A stretch of 64,000 bases of DNA from Myxococcales bacterium (lineage in GTDB: Bacteria > Myxococcota_A > Polyangia > Polyangiales > JAFGIB01): assembly GCA_029880325.1 (NCBI GenBank), contig JAOUOP010000020.1, forward strand, positions 33,124 through 97,123, given 5' to 3'. A model generated the notes under the pieces. That model had not been told where the DNA came from. It made no database searches and worked only from the letters and a program-made list of their open reading frames with translations. How positions within the stretch are numbered: position 1 is the first letter of the stretch; each line of letters opens with the position of its first letter. This document shows positions 49,522-59,165 of the stretch, piece after piece. The position numbers and the translations under genes are program-made.

Positions 49522-52218
49522 CTACAGCGCCACGCGCACCAGCACGAACTTGTTGTTGTCGCGCTCGCTGGTCACCGGCTCCACGTCGCGCTTGTCTGCG
49601 AGTTTACGGAAGCGTCCCAGGCGTTTGTGTTCGAGCAGGAAATAGGCGGTGGAGCCCTCGCGCTCGTCCATCCACTTGGTCACCTCGGTGTTGTTGAGGT
49701 TGACGAAGACCGCCACGCGGTTGCCACTGTAGAAGTTTTCACCCTTCCAGTTCATCTGCCAGGCGACCAGCGGCTGCTCGGGTCCCTTGCGTTCGCCGTA
49801 GTAGCGGTCGATGAGACCGCGCTGGCCCCAGTGGGGTGTCAGGTCGAGCATGTAGACGTCGAGGTAGAAGACGGTGAACAGCAGCGCCAGGCCCAGGTAG
49901 GCGCGCAGCATCAGCGGTCTGAGGGCGCGCACGGCCGCGAGTACCAGCAGGGCCGAGGCCACGATGGCGAAGCCGCCGAAGATGGGGCGGTAGTCGAGGT
50001 AGTCGGGGAAGGGGCGCTCGTAGTTGTAGATGAACAGCTGGATCAGGCGTTCGGCGCCGGCCGGCCGCTCGGCGGTGGTCCAGGCCAAATCGCGGCCGAC
50101 GAAGGCGGCCAGCAGCGCGCCCGCAAGCAGCGCCGCGCCGACGCCCGCCGTTGTCGACGAAGGCTCGTCGTCACGGCGAAGCGACCCGAGCTGCAGCCAT
50201 GCGGCGGCGCCCAGCGAAAGCACGCCCAGGGCGATCAGCAGCGCGCACAGGGGCGTGGGCCAGGGGTGCTGCAGCGCCCAGACCGCGCGCTCGGCCATGC
50301 CCAGGTCGGGCGGCAAGACGCCCCGCACGTCGCCCCGAAGCCCCGCCACGCCCAACAAGAGCGGCAGCGGTGCCACAAGCGCGAGCATCAGTCCCAGGGC
50401 GGCGCGCTTGCCGAGCTTGCCCTCGCCTGCGGGGTGGCCCAGGAGCCGGTCGAGGCTGATACCCACCACGATCGCCGCCGGCGGCACGGCCGGGAAGATG
50501 TAGTGGTGAAACTTGGTGGTCATGGCGCTGAAGAGCGTAAAGGCGGCGGCAAACCACAGGCACAGCACGGTCACAAACTCGCGCTGCTCCACCGCACGCC
50601 TGTCGCCGCGAGCTTCATGGGCCCGCATCTGCGCGAAGGCGGCGAAGCCCAGCGGCAATAGCGCAAACCAGGGGAAGGTGCCGTAGCCGAGCTGCTCGAT
50701 GAAGTAGCCGATGTCGCCGGTGTCGCCGTGCACGCCCTTGGTCAGGCGATTGATGTGGTCGTGGATCAGCAGCCGGTCGGTGAAGCGAGGCCCGTGGCGC
50801 ATGTACATGGCGACAAACCACGGCAGGCCCACACAGCTGAGCAAGAGCGCGCCGGGCGCGATGCGAAAGCGCCCCTCGAGCAGCTCCGACCAGCGCGTGG
50901 TCGACAGCAGATACAAAAGCGCCACCAGCCCCGGCAGCGCGAAGCCGGGGATGCCCTTGGCCATGAAGGCGAGCGCGCAGAAAATGTAGAAGAGGAACAT
51001 CAGCAGCGCCTGGGTGCGCCGCTCGCGCAGCACAAGACGCACCGCCGCGGCGATACAGAGGCCCCAAAACAGGGCCTGGCTGAGCGGCTGGGCCCACAGC
51101 GAGCGCGCGAAGGGTTGCTGGGCGCGGGCCGCGGAGTTGCCCGGCACCTCCGGGTTGTGGCCGGAGCCGGAGAGAAATTCGTCGCGATGCCAGGCGAACA
51201 GGCCGTCCATGAAGGTGACGTTGCGGCTGGCCAGGTAGAGCACCTGGGGCAGCGTCAGCATCAGAAAAAGCCCGATCACCAGCTCCTGCAGCGAGACCGT
51301 GAAGGGCCCGACGCGCAGGCGCGGGGCGGTGGCCTCGGGATCGCTGTGGACGGCGGCCAGAAAGAGCATCACCGCGATCGTCATCTGCCCGACGAAGGGC
51401 ATGTCGGTGATCGCCTGGTGCGAGAGGAAGGCGAAGTAGGGCGTGGTCGACAGCACCAGGGCCGAAAGCCGGCCAGCGCGGCTGTCGAAGCGTCGGCTGA
51501 CGGTGAAATAAACAGCCAAAAGAGCGCTGATGGCGATCAGGTAGATGGGCAGGCGCAGCACCCACTCGCTGTGCTGGAAGTGGCTGTCGGGCATGAAGCC
51601 GACGCCGCTGGCGCTCCACAAAAGTGCCTCGCTCCAGAAAATGAAGATCGGCTTGGACCAAAACCAGCGGTCCTGGGCCCACCACAGGCTGATCCAGTCG
51701 TCGCGGGCCAGGATTTCGCGGGCCACTTCGCCGTAGTGGGTCTCCCAGGGGTCCCACAGCCCGAAGCCGCCCAGCAGCGGCAGGTAGAGGGCCGAGCCGA
51801 TCACAAAGACCTGCAGCCCCGGTCGTCGCAGCGCCGCCGGTACCAGCAGCCCGAGGGCGACGACGATGGCCCAGGGCAGCGCGACGCCGCCGCCGATGAG
51901 GGCCGCGCCCAGGGTCAGCAGCAGCGCCGCGGCCATGGCCGGCAGCGGGCTCAGCCAGGGCAGCTCGCCGGGCTTTCGGCCCAGGGCCGTATCGGTGAGA
52001 GGGCGGGCTTCGGCGTCGGCCTGCAATAGGCCCAGGGCGCGCAGCAGGGCCACCACGGCCAGCGCCAGGCACAGCCCTCCCCACAGCACGCCGCGCGGCA
52101 GCTGACCCTCGCGCGCCATCAAAAGGAAGCAAGCGCCCCCGGCGGCGGCCGAAAGCCAAAGCGGTCGCCAGCGCAGCGCGGCCACCCGGGCCCGGATATT
52201 TCGCCCGATTTCGGCCAT
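49522..52218 (-). CDS. ArnT/PMT-like membrane glycosyltransferase (GT-C fold)
   Basis: LWDPWETHYGEVAREI, SKPI, LRLP, DMPF, MAKG, TKFHHYIFP; many TMs. Confidence 0.88.
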   Translation of the reverse strand: MAEIGRNIRARVAALRWRPLWLSAAAGGACFLLMAREGQLPRGVLWGGLCLALAVVALLRALGLLQADAEARPLTDTALGRKPGELPWLSPLPAMAAALLLTLGAALIGGGVALPWAIVVALGLLVPAALRRPGLQVFVIGSALYLPLLGGFGLWDPWETHYGEVAREILARDDWISLWWAQDRWFWSKPIFIFWSEALLWSASGVGFMPDSHFQHSEWVLRLPIYLIAISALLAVYFTVSRRFDSRAGRLSALVLSTTPYFAFLSHQAITDMPFVGQMTIAVMLFLAAVHSDPEATAPRLRVGPFTVSLQELVIGLFLMLTLPQVLYLASRNVTFMDGLFAWHRDEFLSGSGHNPEVPGNSAARAQQPFARSLWAQPLSQALFWGLCIAAAVRLVLRERRTQALLMFLFYIFCALAFMAKGIPGFALPGLVALLYLLSTTRWSELLEGRFRIAPGALLLSCVGLPWFVAMYMRHGPRFTDRLLIHDHINRLTKGVHGDTGDIGYFIEQLGYGTFPWFALLPLGFAAFAQMRAHEARGDRRAVEQREFVTVLCLWFAAAFTLFSAMTTKFHHYIFPAVPPAAIVVGISLDRLLGHPAGEGKLGKRAALGLMLALVAPLPLLLGVAGLRGDVRGVLPPDLGMAERAVWALQHPWPTPLCALLIALGVLSLGAAAWLQLGSLRRDDEPSSTTAGVGAALLAGALLAAFVGRDLAWTTAERPAGAERLIQLFIYNYERPFPDYLDYRPIFGGFAIVASALLVLAAVRALRPLMLRAYLGLALLFTVFYLDVYMLDLTPHWGQRGLIDRYYGERKGPEQPLVAWQMNWKGENFYSGNRVAVFVNLNNTEVTKWMDEREGSTAYFLLEHKRLGRFRKLADKRDVEPVTSERDNNKFVLVRVAL

Positions 52219-52275
52219 CTGGGCGCGGGAGAATACGGAAGCGCCGGTGTCGGGTAAAGCGGGGGCTACCCGTAC

Positions 52276-52683
52276 TTAGGGCTGCAGCGTCACGGTGCCG
52301 GCGGCGGGCACTTCGAATTGGCGCTCCAGCCGTCGCGTGCTGCCGTCGCGCAGGCGCAGCTCGCACAGCAGCTGCACGCTGCCGCTACTCAGCTCGACCT
52401 CGTGGCGCACGGTGGGCGGGGCGCCGGTGTTTTCGGGATAATGCAGGGTCAGGCCGTGCAGCTCATCGCCGTCGCGCAGGTAGGCCAGGCGCAGCTCGCG
52501 CACCCGGGGGGCCAAAGGGCCCAGCTGCAGGAGCAGCTCGGTCTGCCGCGGCACGCTGGGCCACAGCTCCGAGCCGACCGCGATCGCGAGCAATAGAAGG
52601 GTCAGCCGCGCCAGCATTGCGCGGCGCCCGCGCAACCACCCCAACAGGGCCCGGCCGCCCCCGCCGTTCTGTGTAGCTGTCAT
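52276..52683 (-). CDS. Hypothetical membrane-anchored protein
   Basis: One TM helix followed by a small beta-rich domain. Confidence 0.65.
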   Translation of the reverse strand: MTATQNGGGGRALLGWLRGRRAMLARLTLLLLAIAVGSELWPSVPRQTELLLQLGPLAPRVRELRLAYLRDGDELHGLTLHYPENTGAPPTVRHEVELSSGSVQLLCELRLRDGSTRRLERQFEVPAAGTVTLQP

Positions 52684-52926
52684 CGCAGTGCGTCCCGCAG
52701 GCCAATTCGGGGTGGCTGCGCCGCTCCCGCCGCCCCCGTGACTCCCCTGGCTCTTGGAGCGGCCCAGTTGGGTCCCAATTGTTGACCTGTCGGCGGCATC
52801 CCTGATTGTATGGCAATGTGTGGATCTGCGGGTGACTTTGCCACCAAAAGGGCAGAGACTTGGGTTTGTGGCACACCAAAAGCGGTGTTAAGTTGCACTC
52901 CTGAGCGAATTTTCCGTGCTGATTTC

Positions 52927-55071
52927 ATGGTCCCACTGACCGAGATACTGGACAAGATCCGCACCTACCACGAGCACGCGGACACCGAGCTCATCAATCG
53001 GGCCTATGTGTACGCGGCCCGTATGCACCAGGGCCAGCTGCGCAAGTCCGGCGATCCCTACTTCGTGCATCCGGTCAGTGTGGCCGAGGTGATCGCCGAG
53101 ATGCACCTGGACACCGCCAGCGTGTGCGCGGCGCTGCTGCATGACGTGGTCGAGGATACCGAGGTCACCCAGGAGCAGCTGGCCGCCGAGTTCGGCGACG
53201 AGATCGCCTTCCTGGTCGAGGGTGTCACCAAATTGGGTAAGCTCAGCTTTGGCACCCGCGAGGATCGCCAGGCCGAGAGTTTCCGCAAGATGCTGCTGGC
53301 CATGTCGCGCGACATCCGCGTGCTCTTGGTCAAGCTGGCCGACCGCCTGGATAACATGCGCACGCTCCACTACATGAGCGTCGACTCCCAGGAGCGCATC
53401 AGCCGCGAGACGCTCGACATCTACGCGCCGCTGTCGGGTCGCCTCGGCATCCAGTGGCTCAAGGACGAGCTGGAGGACCTGGCCTTCAAGTACATCTACC
53501 CGGAAGCCTATGCCCACGTCTCGGGCAAGCTCGAGCGCGCCAACCGCGACGCCGACCGCTACATCGGCAACGTGGTCGCGCAGCTGACGGACTTGCTCGG
53601 CGAGGCGGGCATCTCCGTCGACTCGGTGACCGGGCGCGTCAAGCATCCCTTCTCGATCTACCGCAAGATGCGCGAGCAGCAGTGCGACTTCGAGCGCATC
53701 CACGACCTGATGGCCTTTCGCGTGGTGGTGCCCGAGCTGGCCGACTGCTACGGCGCCCTGGGTATTACTCACTCCCAGTTTACGCCGGTGCCGGGCCGCT
53801 TCAAGGACTACATCGCGCTGCCCAAGAGCAACATGTACCAGTCGCTGCACACCACGGTGATCGGTCCCGAGCATCGCCGCGTCGAGATCCAGATCCGCAC
53901 CGTGGACATGCACCGCACGGCCGACATGGGCATCGCCGCGCACTGGAATTACAAGGACGGCGCGCTGCTGGACGAGGAGGACAAGAGCCGTTTCCGCTGG
54001 CTGCGCGAGTTGATGGAGTACCAGAAGGAGGTCGACGACCCCGAGGAGTTCATCGACGGCGTGCGCGTGGATCTCTTTGCCGACGAGGTCTACGTCTTTA
54101 CGCCCAGGGGCGACGTGCGCGTCTTTCCGCGCGGGGCGACGCCGGTCGACTTCGCCTACGCGGTGCACTCCGAGGTCGGCGAGCACTGCACCGGTGCGCG
54201 CGTCAACGGCTCCATCGTGCCCCTGCGCTACAAGCTCCACAATGGCGACACGGTCGAGATCCTCACCTCCGATCGCCAGCGGCCCAACAAGGACTGGCTC
54301 GACTTCGTGGTCAGCGCCCGGGCCCGCACCCGCATCCGTTCCTACATTCGCGGCGAAGAGCGCAAGCGCAGCGTGCAGTTGGGGCGCGAGCTCTTGGAGC
54401 GCGAGCTGCGCCAGCGCCAGCTCTCCTACCAAAAGGCCAGCAAGCGCGGCGACATCGTGCGCGCCGCCAAGAAGCTCAACCTCGCCAGCGACACCGAGCT
54501 GCTCTACCAGCTGGGCTACGGCCAGGTGCAGCCCGAGGATGCGGTCGAAGCGATCGCGCCGGCCGACGACAAGGGCAAGGAAAAGGAGCTGCGCCCGAGC
54601 CTGATCGAAAAGACCGTTTCGCGCGTCACCGGTCAGCGCGGCGCGGTCATGATCGGTGGCGTCGACGAGGTGCTGGTGCGTTTTGCCAAGTGCTGCAGCC
54701 CGCTGCCGGGTGAGCCCATCAGCGGTTTCATTACGCGCGGGCGCGGCGTCACGGTCCATCGCAAGGGCTGCGAGCGGGCGCTGTCGCTGGAGCCCGAGCG
54801 CCGCATCGACTGCAACTGGAAGCGCGACGCCAGCATTCAGCTCCCGGCGACCCTGCGCATCGTTACCGCCGACCGCCCCGGCATCCTGGCGCTGTTGTCG
54901 CGGGCCTTCAACGACGCCGGCGTCAACATCAATGAAGCCACTTGCCGCGCCTCGGTGCAGGGCCGCTCCGTCAATACCTTCCAGTTTCAGGTGCCCGAAG
55001 TGGGCAAGCTGCGCTCGCTGATGCGGGAGCTGGCGCGCGTGGACGGCGTCTACGAAGTCGAGCGCATCTGA
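52927..55071 (+). CDS. relA: Bifunctional (p)ppGpp synthetase/hydrolase (long RSH)
   Basis: RKSGDPY..HP, LHDVVEDT HD domain, KLADRLDNMRT, RFKD, YQSLHT, EIQIRT, TGS, AKCC, ACT. Confidence 0.97.
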   Translation: MVPLTEILDKIRTYHEHADTELINRAYVYAARMHQGQLRKSGDPYFVHPVSVAEVIAEMHLDTASVCAALLHDVVEDTEVTQEQLAAEFGDEIAFLVEGVTKLGKLSFGTREDRQAESFRKMLLAMSRDIRVLLVKLADRLDNMRTLHYMSVDSQERISRETLDIYAPLSGRLGIQWLKDELEDLAFKYIYPEAYAHVSGKLERANRDADRYIGNVVAQLTDLLGEAGISVDSVTGRVKHPFSIYRKMREQQCDFERIHDLMAFRVVVPELADCYGALGITHSQFTPVPGRFKDYIALPKSNMYQSLHTTVIGPEHRRVEIQIRTVDMHRTADMGIAAHWNYKDGALLDEEDKSRFRWLRELMEYQKEVDDPEEFIDGVRVDLFADEVYVFTPRGDVRVFPRGATPVDFAYAVHSEVGEHCTGARVNGSIVPLRYKLHNGDTVEILTSDRQRPNKDWLDFVVSARARTRIRSYIRGEERKRSVQLGRELLERELRQRQLSYQKASKRGDIVRAAKKLNLASDTELLYQLGYGQVQPEDAVEAIAPADDKGKEKELRPSLIEKTVSRVTGQRGAVMIGGVDEVLVRFAKCCSPLPGEPISGFITRGRGVTVHRKGCERALSLEPERRIDCNWKRDASIQLPATLRIVTADRPGILALLSRAFNDAGVNINEATCRASVQGRSVNTFQFQVPEVGKLRSLMRELARVDGVYEVERI

Positions 55072-55787
55072 AGCGCGCGCTGTAGGGCTGCGAGTTCGTC
55101 GGTGATGAGGCCGTCGACCCCCAGGGCGGCCAGCTCGAGTGCTCGCTCGGGGTCGTTGACGGTCCAGACGTTGACCGCGAGGCCCGCGGCGCGCACGGCT
55201 TGGAGTGCGGTCACATCGAGCGCGCGCACGCCCGGATGCAAGGCACCGGCGGCGGCCGGCGGCGCGTAGGGCGGTTTGGCCACCAGCCAGGCCATGGTGA
55301 TGTCGGGCAGCGTCGCGGCCAGCGCTTCGAGCATGGAGCGGCTGAAGCAGGAGACCAGCAGCTGCTGTCGCTCGGCTGCGGCGCGGCCGCCGAGCACGCG
55401 GGCCGTCGCTGCGATCAGGTCCTGGCGATCGGGCAGGTCGCTCTTGACCTCCACGTTGATCCGCAGGCCCGCGTCCAGCAGCAGGTCCAGGACCTCGTCG
55501 AGCAGGGGGATGCGCTGGGCGCCCGCGAGCTGCACGTCGCGCAGCTGGTTATAATCGCTGTCGGCCACGATCCGCCCGCGCTCACCCGGATCCTGGGCCA
55601 TGCGCAACAGATCCGGGTCGTGGAAGACCACCACCTCGCCGCTGCGGCAGCGCCGCACGTCCAGCTCCACGCCGTCGGCGCCGAGCTCGATGGCCGCGGC
55701 AAAAGCCCCCAGCGTGTTCTCGGGCTCATGGTGATGCACGCCGCGATGGGCGTACAGCAAAGGCGAGCCGTGGTAGCGTGGGGGCAT
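55050..55787 (-). CDS. Glycerophosphodiester phosphodiesterase
   Basis: AHRG..PENT, VELDV, VVFHD, NVEVK, WTVND, GVDGLITD. Confidence 0.93.
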   Translation of the reverse strand: MPPRYHGSPLLYAHRGVHHHEPENTLGAFAAAIELGADGVELDVRRCRSGEVVVFHDPDLLRMAQDPGERGRIVADSDYNQLRDVQLAGAQRIPLLDEVLDLLLDAGLRINVEVKSDLPDRQDLIAATARVLGGRAAAERQQLLVSCFSRSMLEALAATLPDITMAWLVAKPPYAPPAAAGALHPGVRALDVTALQAVRAAGLAVNVWTVNDPERALELAALGVDGLITDELAALQRALQMRSTS

Positions 55788-56733
55788 GGCAGAGATGGAG
55801 CTTCAGCAATTGGCGCCCGACGTGCACGCCTGTCTGCAAGAGGACAAGGGCCTGGGCTATAGCAATTCGGGTTTGATCGCGCGTGGCAAGGGCCTGGTGG
55901 TCGATACGTTTTGGGATCTACCGCATACGCGGGCCATGATCGAACTCTACCGCGGCGTCTGGAATCGGGAGCCCGGGCAGCTGGTCAACACCCACCACAA
56001 CGGCGACCACTGCTATGGCAACCAACTCTTCGAGGGCGCCGAGATCATCGGCCACGAGGGTTGCGCCGAGGCCCTGAAGAACGACGACCCGGCGCGCATG
56101 CAGATGCTCAAGGGTCTGGGCGCTTCCGGCGACCCCGTGCTCGAGGACTTCGCGCGCCAGCTTTCGCCCTGGGACTTCGAGGGCATCGAGCTACGGCCCC
56201 CCACCACGCTGGTCAAGGAGCGGCTTCAGCTCGATAGCTGTGAGTTTCCCATCGAGGTGCTCTACGTGGGCCCGGCCCATACCGTCGGTGACGTCATCGT
56301 GCACCTGCCCGAGCAGCGCATCGTCTTCACCGGCGACATTCTCTTTCGCCGCTGCACGCCCATCGGCTGGGAGGGCACCTTTGAGCAGTGGGTCACCGCC
56401 CTCGATCGCATCATGGAGCTCGACTGCGACATCGTGGTGCCGGGACACGGCCCCCTGTGTGGCAACGAGGGGCCGCGCGAGATGAAGGAGTACCTGCAGT
56501 ACGTGCGCAGCGAGGCGCGCAGCCACTTCGACGCCGAGCGCAGCGCCGTGGAGGCCGCCAAGCGCATCGACCTGGGGCCCTACGCCGACTGGACCGAACC
56601 CGAGCGCATCGTCTTCAGCGTCGAACGCGCCTATCGGGAGTTCCGCGGCGAGCCCTTCGACGCACCCTTCAACCCCATCGACACTTTTCGCGGGGTCTAC
56701 GAGCTGCGCGAGGCAATGGCCAAACCAGGCTAG
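55786..56733 (+). CDS. MBL-fold metallo-hydrolase (cyclase-like)
   Basis: THHNGDHCYGN, AHTVGD, FTGD, VPGHG. Confidence 0.93.
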   Translation: MAEMELQQLAPDVHACLQEDKGLGYSNSGLIARGKGLVVDTFWDLPHTRAMIELYRGVWNREPGQLVNTHHNGDHCYGNQLFEGAEIIGHEGCAEALKNDDPARMQMLKGLGASGDPVLEDFARQLSPWDFEGIELRPPTTLVKERLQLDSCEFPIEVLYVGPAHTVGDVIVHLPEQRIVFTGDILFRRCTPIGWEGTFEQWVTALDRIMELDCDIVVPGHGPLCGNEGPREMKEYLQYVRSEARSHFDAERSAVEAAKRIDLGPYADWTEPERIVFSVERAYREFRGEPFDAPFNPIDTFRGVYELREAMAKPG

Positions 56734-56823
56734 CTTGGTCGGGCGCTGGCGTCGGGCTGCGGCGGCTGCTGGCTAATTTGGCCAGAAGAGGCCAATTGGG
56801 GCCAAAAAAGGCTTGCATCTGCG

Positions 56824-57405
56824 ATGGCAATCCGTAGCTCATGGCTCGGGCCGACAGCGCTCATCCTGCTGCTGTCGGCCTGCGCCGCGCGCGCTTCGCA
56901 GGTCGGAGAGCAGGTCGATTTCGACTCGCCCCAGGTCGCGGCCCTGCGCCAGACCAGCTGCAGCCAGGACTTCGAGGCGGCCACGCGCATCGGCGCCGCG
57001 GCCGCACCGGAAAACGCTTCGGGGCTGTGGTCGGTTTCGCCCTATCAGGTGCTGCTGCCCCAGAGCGGCGAGGGTTACGTCATGGTCCATATCGACGCTC
57101 CCCACTTCGACTGGCTGCTCTACACAAGCGCCAGCGCGACCCTGGAGAGCCTGGACGAGCCCGCACTCGAGTTTGGCGGGGATGTTGAAGTCTGTGGCGA
57201 ACCGGCGCTGGTCGAGTACGGCCTCCACCCGCCCGAGCCGAGCGGGTGGCCCCTGCGCATCGTGGGCGAGCCGGGCACCCGCGTGCTCTTCTACGCCGGC
57301 CTGGCCCAAACCGACCACAGCGACCCGAGCCAGGCGGGTCACGCCGGTCACGACCTCAGCGGGGACGTGGGCGCAGGGGGCGTAGACCACGGCGACGGAC
57401 AGTAG
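56824..57405 (+). CDS. Hypothetical lipoprotein with His-containing tail
   Basis: LSAC lipobox; tail DHSDPSQAGHAGHD...DHGD. Confidence 0.7.
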   Translation: MAIRSSWLGPTALILLLSACAARASQVGEQVDFDSPQVAALRQTSCSQDFEAATRIGAAAAPENASGLWSVSPYQVLLPQSGEGYVMVHIDAPHFDWLLYTSASATLESLDEPALEFGGDVEVCGEPALVEYGLHPPEPSGWPLRIVGEPGTRVLFYAGLAQTDHSDPSQAGHAGHDLSGDVGAGGVDHGDGQ

Positions 57406-57419
57406 CGGGCTGCGGGTGT

Positions 57420-58358
57420 TCAGCCCGACAGCGCGATCGGCGGCTTCCAGCCCGCGCGCGCGCGGCCGCCCTCGTAGAGCGTGCGCTCTTTGGTGAAGGC
57501 CGCGTGGAGGAAGTCCATCAGCGCCTTGACGCGAGCGGTGTGGCGCAGGTCGGGGTGGGTCAGAAGCCAGAGATTCAGGGTGAGCGTTTCGACCGGTTCG
57601 GTGGCGCGCACGAGCCGCGGCTCGGCGTCGCCCAGATAGCAAGGCTGCAGCGTCAGTCCCATGTCCTGGCAGGTGGCTTCGATCACCGTGATCGAAAAAC
57701 CGCCGCTGAACACGATGCGGCTGTGGGCCTGTTCCACCTTCTTCCAGACCCATGGCGTAAGCCAGTCGGTGATGCCGTGCAGCAAGCACCACTGGTGTTC
57801 GCACAGGGGCAGGCCCGGGTGCTCTGCCAGGTAGCGCTCGGTGGCGTAGACCGCGAAGCGAAAGGGGCAGACCTTGCGGCCCAGGCTGGCGTCGGGCGGC
57901 TTGCCCGTGGCGCGGATGGCGATGTCGGCCTCGCGCCGCGTGAGGTCGGCGGCGAGGGCGCCGCCATCGAGCTCGACCCTGACCTCGGGATGCAAGGCGC
58001 GGAATTGGGCCAGCAGCCTGGGCGCGATGAAAGCCGCCACGCCCTCGGGCGCCGTCAGCCGCACCTTGCCCTGCAGACGCATGTCCTGGCCCAGGACCTC
58101 GCGGCCCAGGGCATGCACCTCGCTCTCGATGCGCTCGGCACAGGCCAGCGCGGTCTCGCCCGCGTCGGTCAAGAAGTAGCCCTTGGGCAGCCGCTCGAAG
58201 AAGCGCACGCCGGTGCGCTCCTCGATGGCATTGATGCGGCGGAAGACCGTGCTGTGGTTTTGGCCGAGCAGCCGCGCCGCGCCCGACAGGCTGCGTGCGC
58301 GCCCGATCGCCAGGATCACCATCAGGTCGTTCCACTCCAGCGCGTTGTCCTCGGCCAC
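57420..58358 (-). CDS. LysR family transcriptional regulator
   Basis: WNDL...SLSGAARLLG.NHSTVFRRI..IE, FER, LTDAG, RREADIAIR. Confidence 0.95.
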   Translation of the reverse strand: MAEDNALEWNDLMVILAIGRARSLSGAARLLGQNHSTVFRRINAIEERTGVRFFERLPKGYFLTDAGETALACAERIESEVHALGREVLGQDMRLQGKVRLTAPEGVAAFIAPRLLAQFRALHPEVRVELDGGALAADLTRREADIAIRATGKPPDASLGRKVCPFRFAVYATERYLAEHPGLPLCEHQWCLLHGITDWLTPWVWKKVEQAHSRIVFSGGFSITVIEATCQDMGLTLQPCYLGDAEPRLVRATEPVETLTLNLWLLTHPDLRHTARVKALMDFLHAAFTKERTLYEGGRARAGWKPPIALSG

Positions 58359-58390
58359 CGGCCGACCGTGCCAGAGACCTGTGCGACCTT

Positions 58391-58405
58391 GCAATATTAT
58401 ATTGC
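58391..58405. promoter_or_regulatory. Inverted repeat GCAATA-TTA-TATTGC, candidate LysR binding site
   Basis: AT-rich dyad between the divergent LysR and cupin genes. Confidence 0.5.
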
Positions 58406-58508
58406 TAGTTTGCTGGATACCATTGCTAAAATGGACGGGTTAGGGTGGTTCCAGTTCGACACGGCGGGGGCCCCGAGGCCCCGGCAGAAACCTGAAAGGA
58501 CAACCCTC

Positions 58509-59147
58509 ATGAGCACTTTTTCGATCGACCGTTTCGCCGCCGAGTGCAAGCAGGCCATGGCCGGGGCTCCCAATGCCTGCGATGCCGCCAGGCAGTACCT
58601 GGAGCAGAGCCTGGGCCAGCACGACAGGGCCGACATCATCGCGGTCCTCGAGGCCGCGATTCCCGCCGGCGCCAGCGTGGGCGAGATGATCGTGCACCAA
58701 TCGCCCGAGCTGACCATGCTCTACGCGCGCGTACCGGGGCGCTTCCGCAGCGGCATCCACAACCACACGGTCTTCGCCTGCATCGCTCAGCTCGAGGGCG
58801 AGGAACGCAGCACGGTCTACGCGCAGAGCGACGAGGGCCTGCGCGTGCGCGAAGAGCTTGGCGTGGTCGCTGGCGAGGTGATGGAGCTGCCGGCCGACGC
58901 CATCCACCACATCGAAAATCCGCTCGAGCAGACCAGCAGTGCCCTGCACATCTACGGCGGCGACTTTGGTGCGCTGATGGCAAAGCGCAGCCTGTGGACC
59001 GAGGGCGAGCACGCCGAGGTGCCCTTTTCCTTCGAGGGCCTGGTCAAGCAGGCGGCCATCGCCATGAAGCGCGAGGGCAACGCCAAGGGTCTCGAGGAGA
59101 TGGTCAACGCCATCCCCGCCACCAAGGCGCTGGTGGATTCGCTTTGA
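58509..59147 (+). CDS. Cupin, cysteine-dioxygenase-like protein
   Basis: GIHNH, GEE...Y, AIHHIENP, ALHIYGGD; GAAAGGA RBS. Confidence 0.85.
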   Translation: MSTFSIDRFAAECKQAMAGAPNACDAARQYLEQSLGQHDRADIIAVLEAAIPAGASVGEMIVHQSPELTMLYARVPGRFRSGIHNHTVFACIAQLEGEERSTVYAQSDEGLRVREELGVVAGEVMELPADAIHHIENPLEQTSSALHIYGGDFGALMAKRSLWTEGEHAEVPFSFEGLVKQAAIAMKREGNAKGLEEMVNAIPATKALVDSL

Positions 59148-59165
59148 GCACGGTGCCGCTCTTCG

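Noticed and set aside
52869-52883. Sigma54-like TGGCAC-N7-GC upstream of rel
   Set aside because: Spacing is right but the -12 element is AAGC rather than TTGC; too weak without TSS data.
57246-59147. 633-aa ORF as a large cupin fusion
   Set aside because: The first ~420 codons are antisense to LysR; the RBS and start at 58509 define the real gene.
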